Shown here: positions 7,802 to 15,718 of the stretch, in pieces | How positions within the stretch are numbered: position 1 is the first letter of the stretch | How the letters are laid out: each line of letters opens with the position of its first letter | From: Promethearchaeota archaeon | GTDB taxonomy: Archaea; Asgardarchaeota; Lokiarchaeia; Sigyniarchaeales; SOKP01 | Direction: 5' to 3' | DNA: 18,923 nucleotides | Assembly: GCA_019058365.1 (NCBI GenBank) | Contig: JAHPZE010000051.1 | Span: forward strand, 1-18,923 | Translations under genes and position numbers: made by a program | Notes under the pieces: model-generated | What the model was told of the DNA's origin: nothing | Seen by the model: the letters and a program-made list of their open reading frames with translations, nothing else | Databases searched by the model: none

Positions 7802-7836
7802 ATAAGTTGACTTTCATAAAAATTAAGTCAATTTAT
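7802..7836. promoter_or_regulatory. Inverted repeat ATAAGTTGACTT-N11-AAGTCAATTTAT (operator or hairpin)
   Basis: 11/12 arm match, between the methyltransferase stop and the MBL start, upstream of a minus-strand BRE/TATA-like AAAGTTTTATTTA. Confidence 0.35.
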
Positions 7837-7860
7837 GCGAAGATTCAACATATTGTCATG

Positions 7861-8997
7861 CTACTTGAAAGCATATACTATGTAGTATGGAGCAAGATAT
7901 ACTCCTTTCTTGGAAAAAAGATTAATAAAATAATTTGTTAATTTTGAGATAGGGTTATATATCGATGCAATATTTAAATTTACCTTAGGAATATATTTCT
8001 TTGTTGTAAGATTATTTCTACTTTCATAAACTCCCGCTATTACCTGACCATCAAAACTGTTTCGGGTAAAAAATCCTAACAAATCATATGGATGCATTAA
8101 CCTTTCGGCCCAGTTTCCAGTAAAAGGATCACAGGTATTTGAAGGAAACCTTTTCTCTCTTTCTGAAGGAATTATTTTCAAATCTAAATATTTTAAAACA
8201 CACTCTCTAATATCCTTCTCAATCATTCCCCTTGTTAACCTTGTCAAGAGTTTTAACTCTTCAGAATTTAGTCTATTTTCTGATATTTTAAGAATGAGTT
8301 CCTTTCTTATTTTTGCATAGGCATCTAAGGTATATCCTTCTTTATGTCCAAATTCCTTTTTTCTATCAATAAATTCGCAATTATGATGGTGAGTTTTTAT
8401 TCTTTTTTTAATAATAGGATTATATGGATTGGCTCCTGAGGCCAATACAAGACTTAAATTTTTTTGAGGTAAGTTTATTAACCCTTGAAAAAATAATTCA
8501 ATATTATAAATATGTTCAATAACATCATAAGATCCTACAGCATTGCAATAAATAGATTTATCTTTAAGGTAACTTATAATCTCTTGTATTTCACCTAAAA
8601 TGTAATCATCTGCAATATTTCCTATTGATTTAGCAATCTCTTTAGCATCATGACATGAAATTTTGTAGATATCATTATATAAAACTGTACCAATTCCGAT
8701 CTCTTTCGCAAGTAATGAAAAAATACCAGAACCCCCACCATATTCAATAAAAACAAAATCCTCTAGAGAATTCTTATAATTTCTCAAGCAAAGAGCTAAT
8801 AAAAAACAATATCTTTGCAAGGTTCCTTTCAAATTCGAGATTGATTTACCAAAATAATTAGCCATATAATCTGAAATATTTAAGGATTTAATTTCAAAAT
8901 TTCTAAATTTGCTAAATAAGTTTTTGGCTGCTAATTCAATCTCTTCTAAAAGTATTCGATTTTTTGGTAAATATTTAGATTTGAATAAAAATTCCAT
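7861..8997 (-). CDS. Class I SAM-dependent methyltransferase
   Basis: Motif I EYGGGSG, YNDI acidic motif and DVIEHI motif. Confidence 0.8.
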   Translation of the reverse strand: MEFLFKSKYLPKNRILLEEIELAAKNLFSKFRNFEIKSLNISDYMANYFGKSISNLKGTLQRYCFLLALCLRNYKNSLEDFVFIEYGGGSGIFSLLAKEIGIGTVLYNDIYKISCHDAKEIAKSIGNIADDYILGEIQEIISYLKDKSIYCNAVGSYDVIEHIYNIELFFQGLINLPQKNLSLVLASGANPYNPIIKKRIKTHHHNCEFIDRKKEFGHKEGYTLDAYAKIRKELILKISENRLNSEELKLLTRLTRGMIEKDIRECVLKYLDLKIIPSEREKRFPSNTCDPFTGNWAERLMHPYDLLGFFTRNSFDGQVIAGVYESRNNLTTKKYIPKVNLNIASIYNPISKLTNYFINLFSKKGVYLAPYYIVYAFK

Positions 8998-9051
8998 GAG
9001 TAATATAAAAAAAAAAAATTTAATTACTTATTGAATTTCGCTTAAAATCAG

Positions 9052-9210
9052 CTAAATTAATGGATTTGATTTATCTTCTTGAAGTAGAAAAGTTAGGAAA
9101 TAGAGAGCCAACATAACTATAGTAAGTATAACTGTTAATATACCCATAGTTGGGGCAAAAATATGGTAGCTAATAATTGAGAAAAGTAAATTACCAACTA
9201 GCCATGGCAT
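9052..9210 (-). pseudogene. 52-codon hydrophobic ORF, possibly the C-terminal remnant of an MFS-like membrane protein
   Basis: Manual translation MPWLVGNLLFSIISYHIFAPTMGILTVILTIVMLALYFLTFLLQEDKSNPLI*. It has two hydrophobic segments, and PWLVG resembles MFS TM11. Confidence 0.35.
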
Positions 9211-9328
9211 TTCATATATTGATATAATTTTGAAAAGAAATGCTCCTTAATATTTAAATACAGAAATCTGATTAATATTTGGTTAATTATGAAAAATAAC
9301 TAAAAGTCTAAAAAAAATAATAATAGAA

Positions 9329-9418
9329 TTAGAGTCCTTTTGGACCTTGTTTGTATATTTCATAAGCTTCATCCACAGAAGCATTATTATGAACTATCTT
9401 ACGAACTGCTCTAATCAA
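9329..9418 (-). pseudogene. 3' remnant of a class I DhnA/LsrF-type aldolase/thiolase gene
   Basis: Manual translation LIRAVRKIVHNNASVDEAYEIYKQGPKGL* resembles the C-terminal (M)I-x-AV-x-x-IVH-x-x-x-x-x-x-EA segment of LsrF/DhnA proteins. An in-frame stop lies at 9460-9458 upstream, and the rest of the gene is absent from the window. Confidence 0.55.
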
Positions 9419-9492
9419 TCTATTTAATTCTCTTAACTGAAAAAATTTTATGCTTCTTTAAAGGATATTGATGAATATTCTTCGAGCTTCTA

Positions 9493-10380
9493 TTAATTAA
9501 AAATTTGATATGGAGAATTATCTTTCTCCCAATTTTTTAAACCGTGATATAATTGAGTTAGTTGGAAGAATCGAAATTCATATGAAAGTCTTAAGATAGA
9601 TTCTATTTTTTTCCTAGTAATTTTAGCCAGATTATATCCAAAAATGTATTTTAAACCTATTAATAATAATTCTGTTATATCATGGCCACAACACACGTTC
9701 CAGGGGTCATTAACTTTAGTTTGCAAGTTATGTGCTTCATTTTTTATTTTAACATCTGATTCTTTGTTTCCTGGAGAATTTTTGATTAGTTCTGACACAA
9801 ATTTGTTATAATCAATTGTCAAGTTCTTTAATTTTATGAAATTCTTATATATTAAATCTTGAAATTTTAACTTCCAATTATTATTTATTGATGCCCATCT
9901 TACATATCCGATTAGTAAAGAATTTTCAATTAATATTTCTCTTAACTTTTTAGACATTTTTTGTTCTAATTTTTTCAATTCTAGTTCATCTGTAAATTCC
10001 CTCAAAAAATTTTCAAAAGCAAATGATGAAACTATCATTGTTTCAATATCATGATTATCTGTATAGAACATATTAACCGAAAATTTCTTCACTTTATTTA
10101 AATGATCAAAATCGGCATCAAGTACTAATACTATTCCAGCCTCTTTCCTGTTTTCTAAAATCTTAAATACTTGAGTTGCAAAACTTTTAGTAGGGATGGC
10201 TTTTACACGGCATTTATTATTATTTGTAAATTTTTTAAAAAGTTTAACATCTGAATTCCCTTCAACAATCAAATAAGTACCATTGTATAATGATCTACTC
10301 ATGCTTATGGCATTTGCATAGGAATATGGGCTTTTAGGTTTAACCACTATTATCACTCTAGCCTGACTGTAAGATCCCAT
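9493..10380 (-). CDS. DUF4435 / TOPRIM-like nuclease (AriB-like component of a PARIS-like system)
   Basis: LIVEGNSD (TOPRIM Glu), DADFD (DxD), HDIETM and CCGHD motifs. The true start is probably GTG at 10356 (GTGA overlap with the ATPase stop) or 10347. Confidence 0.8.
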   Translation of the reverse strand: MGSYSQARVIIVVKPKSPYSYANAISMSRSLYNGTYLIVEGNSDVKLFKKFTNNNKCRVKAIPTKSFATQVFKILENRKEAGIVLVLDADFDHLNKVKKFSVNMFYTDNHDIETMIVSSFAFENFLREFTDELELKKLEQKMSKKLREILIENSLLIGYVRWASINNNWKLKFQDLIYKNFIKLKNLTIDYNKFVSELIKNSPGNKESDVKIKNEAHNLQTKVNDPWNVCCGHDITELLLIGLKYIFGYNLAKITRKKIESILRLSYEFRFFQLTQLYHGLKNWEKDNSPYQIFN

Positions 10381-11684
10381 TGTTCATTTATTATCTGAGG
10401 AGAATGGGTAGCAACGAGGATATCTAAACTACTAAGTTTAGCTATATCCAAAAGATTTTCTAAAAACACTTCTTGCCATTCAACATGGAAAGATATTTCA
10501 GGCTCATCAATTAGTATTAAAAAATTAGGTTTTGCATTAAAAAGCATTTCATATAATAAAACAATCTCGTGTTTTTCACCTGAAGATAAATCCTCCAAAT
10601 CCAATCTTCTTCCATTTTCAGTTGTTACTACAAATCCATCTTGTTTATTAATTTTTAACTCCTTATTTAAAAATCTTTTATTTATTATATTCATAAATAA
10701 ATTGATCTTTTCAAACAATTCATCGAAAGTTGCTAATTTATCTTCAGTATCATTAATATATACATTTAATACATACACTGTATTATCATCAATCTTTTCA
10801 GATTTAATATCAGTTATACTACTTTCCTTATCTAATAAACCAACATCCATAAGTTTTTTTCTCTTCTCTTCCAAATATGTTAATCTTAAACGAATTTCCT
10901 CCTCACCTAAAGTTGAAACAGGTCTTTCTCTTACTACTCTTCCGGGAAATGATCTATCAAGTGACTGTGATAATTCGGCATATTCTGTTAATGTTTTCTG
11001 AATCAATTCCGTTAAATTTTCAGAATACATTTTTACCGAGGATTTTAGCATATATCTTTTTTTATATCTAGGTTTTTTTATATCCTCTTTGACCATTAAC
11101 CTTTGTGTCTTTATGAATACAACTTTAAATTCATTTATAAGATCCAAAAACCATTCTTCTTTTCTTTCTTTCTTAGGATGAAATAATAATCTATATTCAT
11201 GATTTTGTATAATTTCGTTATATGGACGAATTTCATCTGTTGGTTCATGTAACCACAAATCTCTATTTGGATCAAATAATAAATAATCATATTTACTCAT
11301 TATATATCTTTTAAATCTTGGATCGTGCTTTAGTTCCATAATTGAAGGACTATATGAAATTTTGAAAGGTTTTTTTTTTCCATTTTCCATAGAAAAGTTC
11401 AACGTAATGTCTTGAAAATCTTTTTCCTCCTCTTTTTTTGTTGTTTCTTTTCTTTCAATCCTAAGTGATTCATTATTATCAAATTTTAACAAAAAAGTTT
11501 TAAACGGAATTTTAAAGAATGTATATTGATCATTATTGAAAAGTGCATCAATCATTTTCAATATGGTTGTCTTACCATATCCGTTTGGTCCGTGAATAAT
11601 TGTTATTCTCTCATTAAGATGAAATGGAATTGTATATGTAAACATCCCAAAAAGTTCTTCTATATAGATTTCTTTAATTCGCAT
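10353..11684 (-). CDS. ABC-type (AAA_21/AAA_15) ATPase (AriA-like component of a PARIS-like system)
   Basis: Walker A GPNGYGKT, signature LSSGEK, Walker B LILIDEPE, H-loop ATHSP, long helical insert; overlaps the DUF4435 gene. Confidence 0.88.
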   Translation of the reverse strand: MRIKEIYIEELFGMFTYTIPFHLNERITIIHGPNGYGKTTILKMIDALFNNDQYTFFKIPFKTFLLKFDNNESLRIERKETTKKEEEKDFQDITLNFSMENGKKKPFKISYSPSIMELKHDPRFKRYIMSKYDYLLFDPNRDLWLHEPTDEIRPYNEIIQNHEYRLLFHPKKERKEEWFLDLINEFKVVFIKTQRLMVKEDIKKPRYKKRYMLKSSVKMYSENLTELIQKTLTEYAELSQSLDRSFPGRVVRERPVSTLGEEEIRLRLTYLEEKRKKLMDVGLLDKESSITDIKSEKIDDNTVYVLNVYINDTEDKLATFDELFEKINLFMNIINKRFLNKELKINKQDGFVVTTENGRRLDLEDLSSGEKHEIVLLYEMLFNAKPNFLILIDEPEISFHVEWQEVFLENLLDIAKLSSLDILVATHSPQIINEQWDLTVRLE

Positions 11685-11963
11685 AATTCAATATTATTAT
11701 TTTTGGATATTTCTATTAAATCTGTATATATATTTTAAAATCTAACTATTAATTTTTTCTATTTTTGTTATATCCTTTTAATATAATTTTTAAATAATTA
11801 TATATCTAATACTTAATTCAATTTAGTTTATAAAAGACTTGTAATAAATATAAAAAACCTTATCTTAATTTATTTTGGAAAGAAGGCTTAGTTTTTGTAT
11901 GAAAACTTAATCTATTTTTCGCTAAATCTCGTTATTGTAATATAACTTATACTTTAAAGAAAT

Positions 11964-13805
11964 TTATCTCGATTTCTTAATTGATTGACGATGCCAATAA
12001 TGGGATGGTGGTCTCTTAATTTCCCATTCATCACAAAGATCGACCAAGATTCGCCGATAAATACCATATTTTTCACATATTTCTTTGATTTGCTTCATCC
12101 AAACTAATTTTTCAAGTTCTTCTTTAGTGATTTGATTCTTCAACGTTTCTTTTAATGGGACTCTAAAAATTTTTCTCTTTCGTTCCAAACTAAACTTATA
12201 ATTATCCATCATCTCATTAAATAATTTACCCCCTAGACTAAGATACCAAGATTTTCCATCTTTATCAGGGTAAACATCATGAGGAACTTTAAATTTCTCT
12301 TTTATCTGATCCAAAATCTTTTTACTACCTAAGTGAAACGTGGTAGTGCCTTCTTTTCCATCACCATCAAAAAAACCTAAAAGAAACGCTAAAGCCAATT
12401 CACGAGAAACTAAAGACGGAAGTTGAGTATTCTTTAATTTGGCTGGTCTATAACCAAGATCTAATAAATTTTTTTTCACTTGCGAACATTTAAATCTTAT
12501 ACGAACATACGTCTTAATTCCTGATTTTGTTTTTTTATTATTCTCACTCTTATAGGCAGAATTTAACCCAATTGCTTGAATATATCTGTCTACTAATATC
12601 TCATCTTTTTTGCTTAACTCAAGGCTTATTTCCGACCTTTGTCCAAGATATACCTCTGCCCATAAAACCCCTAACCAATATGCTTTTTCTTTATTATTTA
12701 TATCTTCAAAATAATTCACTTGAAGATTAGGATGATAATTTAATACTTTTAATTCTGAAGAAATTGGCAAATCTGTATTTGAATCTCTATAAGCATCAAT
12801 TATATTGAGAGCATTTTCTCCTTTAATACCAAGAGTTGAATTTATGTTTTTTTCCCATTTTTGCAATTCATCTAAGGCAACTTTAAAATCCGGGTTAGAT
12901 CTTAAAGTACGTCTAATTCTATCTAATCTTCTTGAATATCTACAAATAATCAGGCTTAATTTACGCCAAGGTAAACTTCCATTATGAAACATTTTTATTT
13001 TACGACCTTCAATTTTTAAATATGGAGGAATAATCCCTTCAATTTCGTTCCTTAATGCATTAAGAAGATCATTAGTAGTATTAATTGATTTTGAATTATA
13101 CCAATAAGAATAGAAATTTTTCAAATCTTCCCGTATTACATATTGAAAGTATGGAATGTTCTTCATTTCCCACATATCCGAAACTAACCTAAATACAATT
13201 TTTTGTAACCATATTATAGATGTTAGAAAATGTGTTCGATAATCTTGATTTAACTCAATTTTTTTTTGTAATAATCTTAATGAATTATCAAATTCTTCAA
13301 TAGAGATATTATGTAAATTTTCTAAGAAACTTCTACCTATTCGTTTACTTAATATAGGTTTTAATTTGGTTGCAAAATAAGTGAGAATAGATTGGTTTAT
13401 ACTTATACGACGGACACTAACATTATTATCTTGTTCCCATTCTCTGATAAAAGTATAGATTAAACGGGAAAATACAATAATTAAATTTTCTTTGAATATT
13501 TGAGGAAAATCCTTGTCCTCCCAAATCATATTCCGAGAATACTTTCTAGATTTTGTTAACTTGCCAATTCTTTTACCAATTGATTCTTTATTTTTCTTAA
13601 TATTATCTTTAAGATTCGAGGTTTTTTTATGAATATTTTTATTAAATTCTTCTTGAGTGTCAATATCATCAAATTTAATTTCTATTCCACAGAATTCACA
13701 GATTATAGATTCTTTATTTTCAAGTATTCTGCGAAGGATATCCTGTTGAAACTCCCCACCACAATATTTACAGCAATTTGAAGGGCTCTTGCCATTTTCG
13801 AACAT
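11964..13805 (-). CDS. Free-standing LAGLIDADG-family protein with N-terminal Zn ribbon and C-terminal HTH-like domain
   Basis: CKYC...CEFC at the N-terminus; two LAGLIDADG-like helices KAYWLGVLWAEVY (degenerate) and LAFLLGFFDGDG; C-terminal ITKEELEKLVW...PPSHYW. Confidence 0.8.
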   Translation of the reverse strand: MFENGKSPSNCCKYCGGEFQQDILRRILENKESIICEFCGIEIKFDDIDTQEEFNKNIHKKTSNLKDNIKKNKESIGKRIGKLTKSRKYSRNMIWEDKDFPQIFKENLIIVFSRLIYTFIREWEQDNNVSVRRISINQSILTYFATKLKPILSKRIGRSFLENLHNISIEEFDNSLRLLQKKIELNQDYRTHFLTSIIWLQKIVFRLVSDMWEMKNIPYFQYVIREDLKNFYSYWYNSKSINTTNDLLNALRNEIEGIIPPYLKIEGRKIKMFHNGSLPWRKLSLIICRYSRRLDRIRRTLRSNPDFKVALDELQKWEKNINSTLGIKGENALNIIDAYRDSNTDLPISSELKVLNYHPNLQVNYFEDINNKEKAYWLGVLWAEVYLGQRSEISLELSKKDEILVDRYIQAIGLNSAYKSENNKKTKSGIKTYVRIRFKCSQVKKNLLDLGYRPAKLKNTQLPSLVSRELALAFLLGFFDGDGKEGTTTFHLGSKKILDQIKEKFKVPHDVYPDKDGKSWYLSLGGKLFNEMMDNYKFSLERKRKIFRVPLKETLKNQITKEELEKLVWMKQIKEICEKYGIYRRILVDLCDEWEIKRPPSHYWHRQSIKKSR

Positions 13806-13866
13806 ATAAATTTGTAACTTCCATTTATATTTAAAAAAAAAATTGAAATTCGAATTTTATTAATTA

Positions 13867-15627
13867 TTATCTCTTCATATGAACTTTTAAAAATAAAAAA
13901 ACCAATAAGCCTAATATTCCCGTAATGATGATAAACTCTACTATAAGATTTTCCTCTAAGTTAACATTTATACTATCGTTGGTTTCATCTTCTATATCAT
14001 CAACGGGATTATCAATAGGGTCATCAACGGGATCATCAACAGGATTGTCAATAGAGTCATTAACGGGCTCGTCATTAGTATTATTAATTTTAATTTCGAA
14101 TTTAAATATATATAATGTTGTCCATGAAGCGATATTACCTACAATGTCTTGTGTACAGACTCTCATGTAATAAGTTCCGTTATTAATAGCAGGTGGATCA
14201 TAACTTGGTAAATTAGTAAAAGCAGTTGACGTTCCATAAGGATCTTCTCCCCAGTAATAATAATATCCCGCCACATCTGTATGAGAATCTTTGGCACCAC
14301 TCCAACTAAACTCGGGATTATTTATAGTATCTTGTAATATATTGCTTTCAGTTGTGCCATTTAATTGAACACATTCAGTTGGATTAAGCGGAGGTGTCGC
14401 ATCAACCAATAATTTGGAGTACCATATAAAATTATAGTTATTATATTCATTAAATTCATCAATTGAATTATCAGCATCTATAATCCAGCCTATATAGTAA
14501 TTTCCACTAGGAATATTATCAGGAAAAGTTCCAGACCAAAAAGACTCTTTAGATGCTGTTGAAGATAATGAAGGGATGATATCAAATCCGATTAAATAAT
14601 CAGCTTTAGTAAAAGTTGTATCTTTAGATGCATAAAATGATACTTTAATATTATTTGCGGAACTCGTTCCTAAATTACGTATTTTACACCATGCTTCAAA
14701 CTCGGTTAAACCAGCTCCAACTATAGATGTATTGTACCCTGCTAATTGATTATATTCAGATACTAAATCGGGTTTATCAGTCAAAGTTTCATCAGCAATA
14801 AGCCAATTGTCAATACAACGGTATTTATTTTAGTTTATTCGAGTACCATAATTTAGATCTAATCCTATATAGCTAGAAGAGACAACTGAGAGAATATACG
14901 GCCCACCGTTATAATATACCCACACAGGACTCCCACTCTGACCACCTGTTGTATCTAAATAATACCAATGATTATATTCATTGGCATCTAATCCATAATC
15001 ATTAGTCCAATACATATTTCTTCCATTATCCAACTCAGCGGGATAACCAGCAGTATTTAACAATCCTGAATATGTTGAACTTGATGATAATGTAGTATAA
15101 AGCCCCATCCATCCAGTATATAATCCAATATCTCTATCTAGTGTGAGGACTGCGAAATCATGATAAGTAGAAGCATAATCCTTCCAATCATCATAACACC
15201 GCATTTTGATAGCCCAGGCATATCCAAATGGTTCATTTCCATTGTCTTCCCCCGGTACAACCCTAATACTATCAGCCCACCCCCCATGTGAATGTGAATA
15301 TACACAATGCCCCGCTGTAAGCACATGATTTTTGTCTATTAAAGCTCCTGTAGCGAATGTGGTATATTCTCCCCATGTAATATGCAATTTAGCAACCGTA
15401 CTCCAAGGATAAGAAGTTGTGGACGTGATTCTCTCTCGGTCATCAGTTCCTATTACATTAGCTATCGTAGGCTCTAGGGAATGTATAGAACTGTTATTGT
15501 TATCAACTTCATGTGCAAATGATGAGAGAATAGTAATATTAACTATAAAAAACAAAAATAGAACTGCTTTCCTGTGAATTTTGATTTTAAGTCTTAGATT
15601 AGTACAGTATTTTATTAATTTAGCCAT
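13867..15627 (-). pseudogene. Single gene: secreted glutamyl-endopeptidase-like (trypsin fold, S1) protease + CARDB/Ig-like domain + Pro/Asp linker + C-terminal TM anchor, interrupted by an in-frame TAA at 14832-14830
   Basis: ORFs 14830-15627 and 13867-14784 are in the same frame: ...YGTRIN*NKYRCIDNWLIADET-LTDKPDL.... Protease motifs are VIGTDDR, LTAGHC, DFAVL, GYP and GQSGSP. CARDB-like motifs are PDL...IRNLG and GNYYIGWIIDADNSIDEFNEYNN. Confidence 0.85.
13996..14067. repeat. 6 x 12-bp tandem repeat arranged as 2 x 36-bp, encoding the PVND/SIDN/PVDD/PVDD/PIDN/PVDD linker
   Basis: Units atcatcaacggg, attatcaatagg, gtcatcaacggg, atcatcaacagg, attgtcaataga, gtcattaacggg; the two 36-mers match at 32/36. 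Confidence 0.85.
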
Positions 15628-15650
15628 CGAGATATAACTTGGTTTTCTCC

Positions 15651-15677
15651 TTATTCTTTATTCTAAACTAAGAATAA
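15651..15677. terminator. Small hairpin TTATTCTT-N11-AAGAATAA between the two surface-protein genes
   Basis: Perfect 8-bp inverted repeat in AT-rich DNA; function uncertain. Confidence 0.25.
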
Positions 15678-15718
15678 AAAGTAAACAAAAAATAGAATTA
15701 GTAAAAAATAAAAATAAT

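Noticed and set aside
10702-11738. Three plus-strand ORFs (10702, 10877, 11526) antisense to the ATPase
   Set aside because: Shadow ORFs with no recognisable features.
12527-12987. Two plus-strand ORFs antisense to the LAGLIDADG gene
   Set aside because: Shadow ORFs.
9420-13860. IS/transposon with terminal inverted repeats around the defence and LAGLIDADG genes
   Set aside because: No transposase or integrase, and no convincing terminal repeats or target-site duplication found by eye.
13996-14067. Tandem repeats as a possible CRISPR array
   Set aside because: 12-bp in-frame coding units with no spacers and no cas genes.
14830-14832. Selenocysteine/pyrrolysine recoding or an alternative genetic code at the internal stop
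   Set aside because: The codon is TAA, not TGA or TAG, and TAA serves as a normal stop in neighbouring genes.
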